Source: Verrucomicrobiota bacterium
GTDB lineage: Bacteria; Verrucomicrobiota; Verrucomicrobiia; Palsa-1439
Assembly: GCA_037146675.1 (NCBI GenBank)
Contig: JBAWWR010000001.1
Span: 260-64,259, forward strand
DNA length: 64,000 nt
Direction: 5' to 3'
The notes below the pieces were generated by a model. That model worked only from the letters and a program-made list of their open reading frames with translations. It was not told the DNA's origin and searched no databases. The translations under genes were made by a program, and so were the position numbers. Below, one piece after another: positions 50,365 through 60,397 of the stretch (position 1 is its first letter; each line of letters starts with the position of its first letter).

Positions 50365-51286
50365 GGCTCGCCAAAAATCTTTCTGCATCAATCGCGGCGG
50401 CGCAGCCGGTGCCGGCGGCGGTAATGGCTTGCCGGTAGGTTTTATCAACACAATCCCCGGCCGCAAAAACGCCGGTTACATTGGTGTTTGTGCCCTGCCG
50501 GCAGATGATGTAACCATCGGCATCGCATTCAATCTGATCGGCAAAAACCGCAGTGCTCGGCACATGGCCAATGGCACCGAAAACGCCGGCACAGGCCAGT
50601 TCGCTGACGGCGTTGGTCTGGACGTTGCGGAGTTTGACGCCGGTCACCTTGTCCTGCTTCACATCGAGAACTTCCGTGACGACGCTATTCCAGACCGGTT
50701 GGATCTTGGGATTGCCCAGCACCCGGTCGGCCATAATTTTGGAAGCACGGAGTTGATCTCGCCGGTGAATGAGATAAACCTTCGAACCAAAATGCGTGAG
50801 GTAGTTCGCTTCTTCGCAGGCGGAATCGCCACCACCGACAACGACGAGCGGCTGGTTGCGAAAACACGGCAAGGCGCCATCGCAAGTGGCGCAATAGGTC
50901 ACACCTTTGCGTTCAAGCTCAGTTTCGCCGGGGACGCCGAGATGCCGGTGTGATGCGCCGACAGCGATGATGACGGTTTGGCTTTCGAAAAGTTGGTCGT
51001 CAGCCCAGAGTCTGAATGGCCGACTGCTGAAATCAACCTTGGTAATCTGGACACCATATTCGACGCGCGTGCCGAAACGCTCGGCCTGTTTCTGCATGCG
51101 CATCATCATCTCGACGCCATCAATTCCTTCCGGGAAACCGGGGAAATTTTCAACGACGCCGGTGGTGGTGAGAAGTCCGCCGGGTTGGCCACCGGTTAAG
51201 AGCAATGGTTTAAGGTTGGCGCGCGCGGTGTAAATTGCGGAGGTCCAGCCGGCGCAACCGGAACCAATGATGATGACGTTTTCCAT
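50357..51286 (-). CDS. trxB: thioredoxin-disulfide reductase
   Basis: 309 aa. FAD GSGxAG (IIGSGCAG), redox-active CATC, NADPH GGGDSA. Confidence 0.9.
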   Translation of the reverse strand: MENVIIIGSGCAGWTSAIYTARANLKPLLLTGGQPGGLLTTTGVVENFPGFPEGIDGVEMMMRMQKQAERFGTRVEYGVQITKVDFSSRPFRLWADDQLFESQTVIIAVGASHRHLGVPGETELERKGVTYCATCDGALPCFRNQPLVVVGGGDSACEEANYLTHFGSKVYLIHRRDQLRASKIMADRVLGNPKIQPVWNSVVTEVLDVKQDKVTGVKLRNVQTNAVSELACAGVFGAIGHVPSTAVFADQIECDADGYIICRQGTNTNVTGVFAAGDCVDKTYRQAITAAGTGCAAAIDAERFLASHD

Positions 51287-51426
51287 ATTTTATATATCCG
51301 CGCTAAGTTGTGATGCGAACATATCTCACGGCCTGATTATTGGTCAAGCCCGTGGTGCCGGTCGGGCTGTTGCGCTGTAGTAGAAAAAACTAGGCAGGCT
51401 CACCACAATTCGCGCATAATGCCGGT

Positions 51427-51807
51427 ATGACCAAATCCGACAAGCTCAACGAAATCTTCCAGATGCATCAAGCCCTCAATCTCAAAATCGGCGTAGACAC
51501 CGCCAGCATGACTGACGAGCAGCGCCAGCAATGGGTTTTGAATTACTGCCGTGCGATGACCCAAGAGATTGCCGAGCTGACCGACAGCGTTCCGTGGAAA
51601 TGGTGGGCCAAGTACCAGAAGTTTGACAAACAAAACGCCCGCGTCGAGGTAATTGACTTGCTGCATTTTCTGATTTCCATCGCCCAAGTTCTGGAAATGA
51701 CGCCGGAAGATTTCTACGCTGCCTATGCCAAAAAGCACCAAGTCAACCTTGACCGGCAAGCAAGCGGTTACCAGACAAAAGACGAAAACGACAGCCGGCA
51801 CATCTAA
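51427..51807 (+). CDS. dimeric dUTPase-like (all-alpha NTP pyrophosphatase, DUF550/dUTPase_2)
   Basis: 126 aa. EIAELTDSVPWKWW motif typical of the dimeric dUTPase family. Confidence 0.65.
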   Translation: MTKSDKLNEIFQMHQALNLKIGVDTASMTDEQRQQWVLNYCRAMTQEIAELTDSVPWKWWAKYQKFDKQNARVEVIDLLHFLISIAQVLEMTPEDFYAAYAKKHQVNLDRQASGYQTKDENDSRHI

Positions 51808-51826
51808 TTTCTCCCACCCCGCCCAA

Positions 51827-52999
51827 ATGAAATTGCTCTACCTCGATTGTTTTGCCGGCATCAGCGGCGATATGCTACTTGGCGCGCTGCTTGATCTGGG
51901 CGTTCCGGAAGACGCGCTGCGGCAGGAGCTCGCCAAGCTTGCGCTGCCTGGCTATTCCATCGCGACGCGGCGCGTGATGAAGCAAAACATTGCGGCGACA
52001 AAATTTGATTGCCAGGAAGAACACCGGCACCACCACCACCGCGGATTCACGGAGATTGCCAGTCTGATTACCGGCAGTACTTTGGCGGAACCGGTCAAGC
52101 GCCGCGCGATTAGCGTCTTTCGCCGACTCGGCGAGGTGGAGGCGAAGATTCATGCCGTGCCGCTGGAGAAAATCCATTTTCACGAAATCGGCGCGGTGGA
52201 TTCCATCGTCGATATTGTCGGCGCATGCATTGCTCTGGAATTACTTAGTGTGACTGCGGTACAAGCCAGTCCCCTGCCCTGCGGTTCAGGTTTTGTCGAA
52301 ACGGCGCACGGCAAATTCCCGGTACCGGCACCGGCAACGCTTGAACTACTGCGTGGCGTGCCGGTCGTGCCATCGAATATCACTGCGGAATTGGTGACCC
52401 CAACTGGCGCGGCATTGCTGGCGGAATTTTGCAGCCGGTATGGCGCGCTGCCGGCGCTGGTGATTGATAAAATCGGTTACGGCGCCGGAACGCGCGACCT
52501 ACCGGGATTGCCAAATGTTTTACGCGCTGTGCTCGGGCAGACAACGGAATTGACGGTAGCGGATACGGTGGCGGTTGTTGAGGCAAACATCGACGACATG
52601 AACCCGGAGTTTTTTGGCGAGGTGATGGAGCGATTGTTGGCGACCGGCGTGTTGGATGTGTTTTGGACGCCGGTGCAGATGAAGAAGAATCGGCCCGGCA
52701 CACTGTTGACGGCGTTGTGTGAGACCGGCGACGCAGACCGGGTAGCGGAGGTGGTGTTGACGCACACGACAAGTTTCGGAGTGCGAATTCACGAGGCACG
52801 CCGGCGCACGCTGGCACGTGAAATTGTGCTAGTCAGAACCCGACATGGCGAAATTGCTGTGAAAATTGGCCGCCTGAATGGCAACGTGGTGCAGCGTTCG
52901 CCGGAGTTTGAGTCGTGCCGGCGCACGGCGGCGGAGGTTGGTGTGCCGGTAAAAGACGTGTATAACGAAGCCGCGCGAGCGGCAGGAGACCTGCGATGA
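51827..52999 (+). CDS. larC: LarC-family nickel-insertion protein (DUF111)
   Basis: Start MKLLYLDCFAGISGDMLLGALLDLG (the LarC N-terminus). About 390 aa. Confidence 0.8.
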   Translation: MKLLYLDCFAGISGDMLLGALLDLGVPEDALRQELAKLALPGYSIATRRVMKQNIAATKFDCQEEHRHHHHRGFTEIASLITGSTLAEPVKRRAISVFRRLGEVEAKIHAVPLEKIHFHEIGAVDSIVDIVGACIALELLSVTAVQASPLPCGSGFVETAHGKFPVPAPATLELLRGVPVVPSNITAELVTPTGAALLAEFCSRYGALPALVIDKIGYGAGTRDLPGLPNVLRAVLGQTTELTVADTVAVVEANIDDMNPEFFGEVMERLLATGVLDVFWTPVQMKKNRPGTLLTALCETGDADRVAEVVLTHTTSFGVRIHEARRRTLAREIVLVRTRHGEIAVKIGRLNGNVVQRSPEFESCRRTAAEVGVPVKDVYNEAARAAGDLR

Positions 53000-53172
53000 T
53001 TGATAAAGAACTGCTCGAAATTTTGGCCTGTCCGAAATGCAAGGCCGATGTGAAACTCGAAGGTGACTGGATTGTCTGCACCAACCCGCAGTGCGGGCTG
53101 CGATACCCGGTCCGCGACGGCATTCCGGTGATGCTGATCGACGAAGCCGAGCAGCCGGCAACAACGAAGTAA
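52996..53172 (+). CDS. Trm112-like small zinc-ribbon protein (UPF0434)
   Basis: 58 aa. MIDKELLEILACPKCKADVKLEGDWIVCTNPQCGLRYPVRDGIPVMLIDEA. ATGA overlap with the larC stop. Below the ORF-track length cutoff. Confidence 0.65.
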   Translation: MIDKELLEILACPKCKADVKLEGDWIVCTNPQCGLRYPVRDGIPVMLIDEAEQPATTK

Positions 53173-53189
53173 GCCGCGAACTTCAGCGC

Positions 53190-53927
53190 ATGAGTCAGGT
53201 AGCTTTGTCGGTAATCGTTCCGGCGTGGAACGAGGAGAAACGCGTCGGGCGCGCGATCGCATCGTTGCAGCGCGCGGCAGCGGTGTACGCACGTGACCGC
53301 AGTGCGGTCGCCGAGATTATCGTTGTTGATAACAACAGCTCCGATCGCACCGGCGAGGTGGCACGGCAATGCGGCGCGACGGTCGTGTTTGAACCAATCA
53401 ATAACATCGGCAAGGCGCGCAATGCCGGCGTAAAGGCGGCCACCGGCAAGTACGTCGCCTTTTGTGACGCCGACAATGAAGTCACTGAAAACTTACTCGT
53501 CCTCATCCACGATCATCTTGAAGATCTGAAAATCGCCGGCGGCGGAACATGGATCGTGCCGGCCACGCGAACCTTGAAGGTTCGTTTTTTCTATTTTCTC
53601 TGGGGTATTTACGTTCGGTGTAGCCGGGTCGGCGTCGGCATGATGCACTGCCGGAAGGCGGACTTTGCGGCGTGTGGTGGATTTGACGAAACGATTTATG
53701 CCGCTGAGGATCTGCAATTGGCTTACGCACTCAAGAAACTCGGCCGGCCGCGCGGGCAAAAATTTAAACTGCTGCACAAAGGTTGGATTATCACTTCGAC
53801 GCGCAAGATTGATCAGACGCCATTATTGGAAATGCTTGGCAAGCTAATCGGCTTTGGATTTGGGTTGCAGAAGAAGATTCGCAGCAAGAAATACTGCGAG
53901 CGTTGGTACGAGAAGGCCGCTCGTTGA
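53190..53927 (+). CDS. family 2 glycosyltransferase
   Basis: Start MSQVALSVIVPAWNEE. DxD (CDADN). About 245 aa. Confidence 0.8.
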   Translation: MSQVALSVIVPAWNEEKRVGRAIASLQRAAAVYARDRSAVAEIIVVDNNSSDRTGEVARQCGATVVFEPINNIGKARNAGVKAATGKYVAFCDADNEVTENLLVLIHDHLEDLKIAGGGTWIVPATRTLKVRFFYFLWGIYVRCSRVGVGMMHCRKADFAACGGFDETIYAAEDLQLAYALKKLGRPRGQKFKLLHKGWIITSTRKIDQTPLLEMLGKLIGFGFGLQKKIRSKKYCERWYEKAAR

Positions 53928-53993
53928 CAAGTGGTCATTGCCGGACTACGTTGCCCGCCAGTTGGCTAATCAACTCAATAAAAGGAATTCATC

Positions 53994-54587
53994 ATGACAC
54001 ATCAACTCCCAAAACTACCGTACGCACTCGACGCTCTCGAACCGCACATTGACGCGACTACCATCGGGATCCACTACGGCAAACATCACCAGACCTACGC
54101 CGACAACCTAAACAAGCTCGTCCCCGGTACCGAGTTTGCTGTTGCCTCGTTGGAAGAGATCGTCCTCAAGGCGCAAGGCCCGATTTTTAACAATGCCGCA
54201 CAGGTGTGGAATCACACTTTCTACTGGGAAGGTATGAAGCCCAACGGCGGCGGCGAACCACAAGGCGAACTGCGTGCGGCAATCGAGAAATCATTCAGCA
54301 ACTTTGCCGGCTTCAAGGAACAACTCTCCAAGATTTCCGTGACGCAATTTGGTTCTGGCTGGGGCTGGTTAGTCAAAAAGAAAGACGGTGTCCTCGCCGT
54401 GGTCCAGACCGGAAACGCCGCGAATCCGTTGACCACCGGTGACGTGCCCCTTTTGACCTGCGACGTCTGGGAACACGCCTACTACCTCAAGTATCAGAAT
54501 CGCCGAGCCGATTACGTCGGCTCGTGGTGGAACGTCATCAACTGGGATGCCGTCGCTGCACGCTTCAACGCCGCGAACAAAAAATAA
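53994..54587 (+). CDS. Fe/Mn superoxide dismutase
   Basis: 197 aa. LPYALDALEPHID, HHQTY and DVWEHAYY motifs. Confidence 0.95.
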   Translation: MTHQLPKLPYALDALEPHIDATTIGIHYGKHHQTYADNLNKLVPGTEFAVASLEEIVLKAQGPIFNNAAQVWNHTFYWEGMKPNGGGEPQGELRAAIEKSFSNFAGFKEQLSKISVTQFGSGWGWLVKKKDGVLAVVQTGNAANPLTTGDVPLLTCDVWEHAYYLKYQNRRADYVGSWWNVINWDAVAARFNAANKK

Positions 54588-54607
54588 GCGCCTCACGGCC
54601 TTACCCG

Positions 54608-55489
54608 CTATTCGCTCTTTCCGGCAACCGGCAATTGTAGATGCTGGATGATGGGGTTGCCGGATATGAGGAAACCGGACTGCATCGAAGCCCGGTAGTT
54701 CCGCGGTGAGAGGCCGTACACCTTGTGGAACTTATTTGAGAAGTGGTACGGCGATGCGAAACCGACGGTATCGGCCACTTCTCGAATCGGCAGATTGCTG
54801 CGCACCAGCAACGACGCGGCGCGCTCTAACCGGGCGAGACCGGCGCATTCGAGCGGACCGAGATTGAGGTGGCGGCGAAACAGTCGACACAGATATTCAG
54901 GCGAGACGTGTGCTGCTTTGGCCAGTGCCGGCAATGTAATTGGTGCCGGTGGATCATGGGCGAGCGCCTGGCGAATCGCTCGCAGCGCGTTTTGGATGGC
55001 CGGCGGAAGATTCTCCAACGGCTCGAGCGCAACCGCCGTTTGGTTGCCGAGATAGCCGCGCAACATCAATGTGACTGCCGCCTCCAATAACGGTGCGTGG
55101 TCCGGTGTCTGGTTTTGTGCCATTCCAATGACATATCGGAACAGCGGTCGAAGAATATCTTCCGACGCCATGGTTCGCGATAGTGGCCATTCATTCAATG
55201 GCGGCCAGCCGGGATCTGAATAGTCAAAGCTGAAATGAAAAAAAGCCTGAATGGTGCGCCGCGTTGAATCCCAATCATAACGATCGGTGATGCCGGGGCG
55301 CCCGAGCAACACAGTGCCGGCAGGTGCTTCAATTGGCCGTCCATCAAAGCTGGCCTTGGCGTGGCCATCAATAATCCACACAAATTCAAAATCGTGTAAT
55401 AGCCGTGGACCGAATGTTGCGCCCGGTGGATAGGCAGCAATACCGGCGTTGCCGACGAGTAAGCCTTCAGTTGTGACGGAGCTCGACAT
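54608..55489 (-). CDS. AraC-family transcriptional regulator (cupin-like sensor plus HTH_AraC)
   Basis: 293 aa. C-terminal AraC HTH signature (EVADTVGFASPYHFSNKFHKVYGLSP). Divergent from the corrinoid gene cluster. Confidence 0.85.
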   Translation of the reverse strand: MSSSVTTEGLLVGNAGIAAYPPGATFGPRLLHDFEFVWIIDGHAKASFDGRPIEAPAGTVLLGRPGITDRYDWDSTRRTIQAFFHFSFDYSDPGWPPLNEWPLSRTMASEDILRPLFRYVIGMAQNQTPDHAPLLEAAVTLMLRGYLGNQTAVALEPLENLPPAIQNALRAIRQALAHDPPAPITLPALAKAAHVSPEYLCRLFRRHLNLGPLECAGLARLERAASLLVRSNLPIREVADTVGFASPYHFSNKFHKVYGLSPRNYRASMQSGFLISGNPIIQHLQLPVAGKSE

Positions 55490-55545
55490 GTCAATTACCG
55501 GTAGGTTTCCGTAATTTTAAGGTATTGTCAAGAATGCGGACTTCT

Positions 55546-55564
55546 GATAGTTCTGACGATAGTT
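55546..55564 (+). promoter_or_regulatory. candidate AraC-type operator: direct repeat GATAGTT-N5-GATAGTT in the divergent intergenic region
   Basis: ctGATAGTTctgacGATAGTTgcgac lies between the AraC start (55489) and the corrinoid-protein start (55627). An SD aggag sits 8 nt before ATG 55627. Confidence 0.3.
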
Positions 55565-55626
55565 GCGACTTGCCGACGGTTGTAGCTGGTCAATTCACAG
55601 CAGGCGCAACACTAACAGGAGACAAA

Positions 55627-56259
55627 ATGAGCGACCTACAGAAATTGTCCGAGTTCGTGGAAAAAGGCAACCGCAACGAAGCGAAGCGGTTGACCAATGA
55701 GCTGCTCGCTGCCGGAATGAAGCCCCTCGATGTTGTCGAACAAGGCTTGGTGCCTGGGATGAATTCCATCGGTGAGAAATTCAAAAACAACCAGATTTTT
55801 GTCCCCGAAATGTTGATCGCCGCCCGTGCCATGAAAGAATGCATGGCCATCCTCGAACCCCTGCTTGTTGAAGCCGGTATCAAGCCCAAATTCACCGCCG
55901 TAGTTGGCACGGTCCAGGGCGACCTCCACGACATCGGCAAAAACCTGGTGGCGATGATGTGGAAGGGCGCCAACTTCGGCGTCGTCGACCTCGGCACCAA
56001 CGTGTCGCCGGAAAAATTCATCGCTGCTGCCAAAGAACACAACGCCCAAGTCATTGGCCTTTCCGCATTGCTCACCACCACCATGCCGGCGATGAAGACC
56101 ACAATTGCCGCCGTTAAAGCCGCCGGTCTCAAGGGCGTCAAAGTCGTCATCGGCGGCGCGCCAATCACTAACGAGTTCGCTATGGAAATCGGTGCCGACG
56201 GTTTCGCGCCCGATGCCGCGAGCGCCGTGGATATGGTCCGGAAACTTATGGCGGCGTAA
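55627..56259 (+). CDS. corrinoid (cobalamin-binding) protein, MtaC/MtbC-like
   Basis: 210 aa. B12-binding_2 helical cap plus Rossmann B12-binding domain with the DxHxxG motif (GDLHDIGKN). Confidence 0.85.
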   Translation: MSDLQKLSEFVEKGNRNEAKRLTNELLAAGMKPLDVVEQGLVPGMNSIGEKFKNNQIFVPEMLIAARAMKECMAILEPLLVEAGIKPKFTAVVGTVQGDLHDIGKNLVAMMWKGANFGVVDLGTNVSPEKFIAAAKEHNAQVIGLSALLTTTMPAMKTTIAAVKAAGLKGVKVVIGGAPITNEFAMEIGADGFAPDAASAVDMVRKLMAA

Positions 56260-56284
56260 GCGCGCCCCCACGAACAAATTAGCC

Positions 56285-57238
56285 GTGACTCCACGCGAAC
56301 GCTTTATTGCCGCGTTAGAATGCCGTCCACTCACCGGTCGCGTTCCGCATTTTGAGCTCGTGTTTTTTCTGACGATGGAAGCGTTTGGTAAGGTCCACCC
56401 GAGTCATCGCAGTTACCATCAGTGGTTGCAAATGGAAGAAAAAGAACGCGCCTTGCACCGGCGCGACATGGCGGACCTCTACCTCGCCACGGCGGAACGC
56501 TTTGAGCACAGCGCGATTTTTATCCACCCCAATCCGAACAATATCGAAGAGACTTGCCGACTCATCGATCTGATTCGCGAACGCAGCGGCGATCGATACT
56601 TCTTGATGCGGCACGGCGACGCAACGTTCGAATTACCAAATGGCGAACGGATGGTCGAATTTGCTTACCGTCTGGCGGACGAACCGGAGAAAGTCCACGC
56701 CGAGGCGCAGGCAGCAGTGGACGGCGCATTACAACGTGCTGAAGCCTACGCCAAGCATGGCGAACTGGATGGCTTTGCACTGTGCTCAGATTACTGCTTC
56801 AATTCCGGTCCATTTCTTAGCCCGGCACAGTTTGGTGAATTCATCACGCCCTATCTCGCCAAACTTACAAAAGGTTACCGGGATCTCGGTTTCTACGTTA
56901 TCAAGCACACCGACGGCAACATTATGCCGGTCCTCGACCAGCTGGTGCAGACCAATCCGCACGCGCTTCACTCGCTCGATCCCCAAGGCGGCGTGGACAT
57001 GGCGGAGATTAAAAGGCTCGTTGGCCAGAAAGTCTGCCTCATTGGCAATGTCAACTGCGGCTTGGTTGATACCGGCACTGATGAGCAAGTCATTGAGTCT
57101 ACCCGTTACGCTCTACGGCACGGGATGCCGGGTGGTGGTTATATTTTCTCAACGAGCAATTGCATCTATACCGGCATGCGTTTGGCCCGGTATGAACTAA
57201 TGCTCGATGTCTGGCGCAAAGAAGGCAACTATTCGTGA
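56285..57238 (+). CDS. UroD/MtaA-superfamily methyltransferase-like protein, paralog 1
   Basis: GTG start (MTPRERFIAALECRPL). About 317 aa. Conserved HTDG block (VIKHTDGNIMPVLDQL). 4-nt overlap with the next gene. Confidence 0.8.
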   Translation: MTPRERFIAALECRPLTGRVPHFELVFFLTMEAFGKVHPSHRSYHQWLQMEEKERALHRRDMADLYLATAERFEHSAIFIHPNPNNIEETCRLIDLIRERSGDRYFLMRHGDATFELPNGERMVEFAYRLADEPEKVHAEAQAAVDGALQRAEAYAKHGELDGFALCSDYCFNSGPFLSPAQFGEFITPYLAKLTKGYRDLGFYVIKHTDGNIMPVLDQLVQTNPHALHSLDPQGGVDMAEIKRLVGQKVCLIGNVNCGLVDTGTDEQVIESTRYALRHGMPGGGYIFSTSNCIYTGMRLARYELMLDVWRKEGNYS

Positions 57239-58347
57239 CCGCGTTCCGGGAGCTCACCGGTTGGACCGCTAATCTACAGAGAATTGCCAGTCAGCCGCTT
57301 GAGTTTTGTCCCGATTTACCAGCCATCGCGCGCCGGTATGAAGCGTGGTGGGCGTGCGCCTGCACTGACCGTCCGATTTTCATCGGCTCCGCCAACGCCA
57401 ATCCCGCCCGCCCGATTACCAAGCGGTTGGAATTGCTCCACCGTCCCGAGGAATGGTTTGCCGCCAAACTGCAAGACCTGCATCAAACCTACCGGGTCGG
57501 CGATGCGTTGCCGCACATTCGCGCCGACTTCGGTCCGGTCTTACTGGGTGGCTTGTTGGGTGGCACAATCGAGTTTGGTTCTGGCACGACTTGGACGCAC
57601 CCGTTTATCAACGACGACTGGTCGAACGCACCAGATTGGCAATTACGCGACGACCATCCCCTGCTCCAACGGCTCCGCCAACTGACGGAATTGGTTGCCC
57701 AAGATTGTGCTGGCCGGTACCTCGTCTGCACGCCGGACCTTGGTGGGTCGGCGGATGTGCTGCTGAATTTGCGCGGCTCGTCGGCGTTATGTCTTGATGT
57801 GGTCGAACAATCTGACCGAGTGCGTGGCGCGATTGAGGCAATCTATCCGGTGTGGGAACGTACGTTCACGGAGCTTTATCGAATTGCCACTACGAACAAC
57901 GCCGGTTTAATTCATTGGCTGGGATTATGGGCGAGTCGTCCGTATATGATCCCGGCGTGTGACTTCAATTTCTTAATCGGCCCGGACGAATTTGAAAAGA
58001 TCTGCTTACCGGACATTGCCAAACAAGCTGCAACCGCTGGCCGCGCTGTATTTCATCTCGATGGTCCCGGCGCGGCTCGACATATTGATGCGTTGCTGGA
58101 AGTGCCAGAGTTACAGGCAATCCAGTTCGTCCCCGGCAGCGTGACGCCGTCGGTACTGCCGTGGGTGTCGATGTTCCGAAAAATTCAGACGGCCGGGCGC
58201 GCCTTATACGTCGTCAGCCCGGTCGATGAAGTGTTGGCTCTCTGTGACGCCTTGCGGCCGGAAGGATTGGCCATTAACTGCTGGCCGAGCACGCCGCGGG
58301 CTGCCGACGACCTATTTGCACAATTTTCGCGGAGATACAACACGTGA
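57235..58347 (+). CDS. UroD/MtaA-superfamily-like protein, divergent subgroup, paralog 2
   Basis: 370 aa. HLDG block (AVFHLDGPGAARHIDALLEV). Clearly homologous to 61457..62551 (shared RYLV..PDL and CDF motifs). Confidence 0.7.
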   Translation: MTAFRELTGWTANLQRIASQPLEFCPDLPAIARRYEAWWACACTDRPIFIGSANANPARPITKRLELLHRPEEWFAAKLQDLHQTYRVGDALPHIRADFGPVLLGGLLGGTIEFGSGTTWTHPFINDDWSNAPDWQLRDDHPLLQRLRQLTELVAQDCAGRYLVCTPDLGGSADVLLNLRGSSALCLDVVEQSDRVRGAIEAIYPVWERTFTELYRIATTNNAGLIHWLGLWASRPYMIPACDFNFLIGPDEFEKICLPDIAKQAATAGRAVFHLDGPGAARHIDALLEVPELQAIQFVPGSVTPSVLPWVSMFRKIQTAGRALYVVSPVDEVLALCDALRPEGLAINCWPSTPRAADDLFAQFSRRYNT

Positions 58348-59354
58348 CATCACGGGATCTTGTTCGGCAAACATTGAATTGGGAAAATCCGCTCCGGGTG
58401 CCGCGCGAATTGTGGATGTTACCGGCGGCAACGGCGAAGTATCCAGCGGAATGCGTCGCATTGGCGCGCGAGTTCCCTGCGGACTTTGCCGGCATTGACG
58501 GGCACACGCGCGAACTGGCGCCGACAAAAGGCGACTGGTACGCAGTCGGCGAGTACGTGGATGCGTGGGGCTGCACGTTCATCAACATCCAATACGGCGT
58601 CCACGGCGAAGTGAAAGACCCGCTGGTGAAAGATTGGATGACCGACCGCGCGAGGATTCATATACCACGCGAGTGGCTGACAATTGACCGGGATGCAATC
58701 AATCGCGATTGCGCGGCGACGACTTTGTACACAGCTGGCGGGGCAAACCCGCGCCCATTTGAACAACTCCAGTTTTTACGCGGCACGGAAAATCTGTTCA
58801 TGGATTTGCTGGACCCGGAGCCGGTCATGCAGGCGTGCGTGAGCGAGATGCACGAGTTTTACTGCGAACAATTAACGCGCTGGGCCAAGACCGACGTGGA
58901 TTCGCTGCGGTTCATGGATGACTGGGGTTCGCAACGCGCACTGCTAATCGCGCCGGCGTTGTGGCGGCAATGGTTCAAGCCGCTGTACCGGGATTACGTT
59001 CAAATCGCGCACAGCCACGGCAAAAAGATTTTCATGCATTCCGACGGCTACATTCTCGATATCATCCCGGATCTAATCGAGATCGGTGTGGACGCGTTGA
59101 ACTCGCAAATTTTCTGCATGGGACTGGACCGGCTGACGCCGTTTGCCGGTAAGATCACGTTTTGGGGTGAGATCGACCGGCAATGCCTGTTGTCGGAAGG
59201 GACACCGGCGGAGATTGACCAAGCGGTGCGCAACGTGCACCGGCAGCTTTGGCGCAACGGTGGTTGCATCGCGCAATGCGAATTCGGCCCCGGCGGCAAG
59301 CCGGCAAATGTCCGGCAAGCCTTTCAATCGTGGAATGAGGTTACACAAGCATGA
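58344..59354 (+). CDS. UroD/MtaA-superfamily methyltransferase-like protein, paralog 3
   Basis: 336 aa. N-terminus MTSRDLVRQTLNWENPLRVP and HSDG block (IFMHSDGYILDIIPDLIEIGVDALN). Confidence 0.8.
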   Translation: MTSRDLVRQTLNWENPLRVPRELWMLPAATAKYPAECVALAREFPADFAGIDGHTRELAPTKGDWYAVGEYVDAWGCTFINIQYGVHGEVKDPLVKDWMTDRARIHIPREWLTIDRDAINRDCAATTLYTAGGANPRPFEQLQFLRGTENLFMDLLDPEPVMQACVSEMHEFYCEQLTRWAKTDVDSLRFMDDWGSQRALLIAPALWRQWFKPLYRDYVQIAHSHGKKIFMHSDGYILDIIPDLIEIGVDALNSQIFCMGLDRLTPFAGKITFWGEIDRQCLLSEGTPAEIDQAVRNVHRQLWRNGGCIAQCEFGPGGKPANVRQAFQSWNEVTQA

Positions 59355-60397
59355 CACCACGCGAACGCTGGTTGGCCTTATTTGATGGGCGTAAGCCGGA
59401 CCGGCACGTCACCGACTACTGGGCGACTAACGAGTTCCACGCCAAACTCCGACAAGCTGTCTGTATTACCGGCGACAGCGACAAGCCGCTGTTGGAAAAA
59501 CTCGGCATTGACCGGCCATTTCATCTCGGGCCAACTTGGAAATACAAACATCATCCCGATGATCCGTTGGCGAACGAATGGGGCATCCGGTTTGCAGAGG
59601 TTGACTACGGCACCGGCAGCTACGGCGAGGCAGTGCACTTCCCGTTGGCAAAATGCGACAGCACAGCTGACGTTCATGCGTTTCACTGGCCAAGCCCCGA
59701 CGACTACGATTATTCCGGCATCGCCGAAAAGCTCAGACAGAACAACGGTTACCGGATTGTCAAAGGCGGTAGCTATGAGCCGTTTTTGTTGTACTGCTGG
59801 ATGCGTGGAATGGAGCAAGCTTTCGAAGACATGCTCGTTAATCCGGAGATTATTACCGCAGCGCTGGGATATATTTTTGATTTCCACTACGAACTCAACC
59901 GGCGCATCTGGCAGGCTGGAAAGATTGACATGATGTATCTCGCTGAAGACCTTGGTGGCCAGACTGGACCGTTGATCAGTTTGGAGGCTTACCGTCGCTT
60001 TTTGCTGCCAAATCAGAAAAAGGTAGCAGCACTGGCGCGGTCGTTTGGCATCCGCGTGTTTTACCACACCGATGGCGCAGCGCGAATGTTCCTCCCGGAC
60101 CTCGTCAACGAAGTCGGGATCGATATCCTCAATCCGTTGCAATGGCGGTGCCCCGGCATGGACTTGTCGGGCTTGGTGCGCGATTACGGTGACCGGCTGA
60201 TCTTCCACGGCGGGATTGATAACCAGCAAACGCTCCCGTTCGGCACGGTGGAAGACGTACGCAAGGAAGTTCGCGAAGTCGCGGCGGTCATGCGCGATTC
60301 ACGGTGGATTTGCGCGCCGTGCCACAACATCCAAAGCGTCAGCCCGGCCGCGAATGTCATCGCCATGTACGAAACTATTCGGGAAATTCTAGTATGA
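59351..60397 (+). CDS. UroD/MtaA-superfamily methyltransferase-like protein, paralog 4
   Basis: 348 aa. N-terminus MTPRERWLALFDGRKPD and HTDG block (VFYHTDGAARMFLPDLVNEVGIDILN). Confidence 0.8.
   Translation: MTPRERWLALFDGRKPDRHVTDYWATNEFHAKLRQAVCITGDSDKPLLEKLGIDRPFHLGPTWKYKHHPDDPLANEWGIRFAEVDYGTGSYGEAVHFPLAKCDSTADVHAFHWPSPDDYDYSGIAEKLRQNNGYRIVKGGSYEPFLLYCWMRGMEQAFEDMLVNPEIITAALGYIFDFHYELNRRIWQAGKIDMMYLAEDLGGQTGPLISLEAYRRFLLPNQKKVAALARSFGIRVFYHTDGAARMFLPDLVNEVGIDILNPLQWRCPGMDLSGLVRDYGDRLIFHGGIDNQQTLPFGTVEDVRKEVREVAAVMRDSRWICAPCHNIQSVSPAANVIAMYETIREILV

Noticed and set aside
55490-55626. Cobalamin riboswitch upstream of the corrinoid protein gene.
   Set aside because: The intergenic region is only 137 nt. 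It has no B12-box (GCCACTG-like) and no extended conserved stem architecture. The divergent AraC regulator more plausibly controls the locus.
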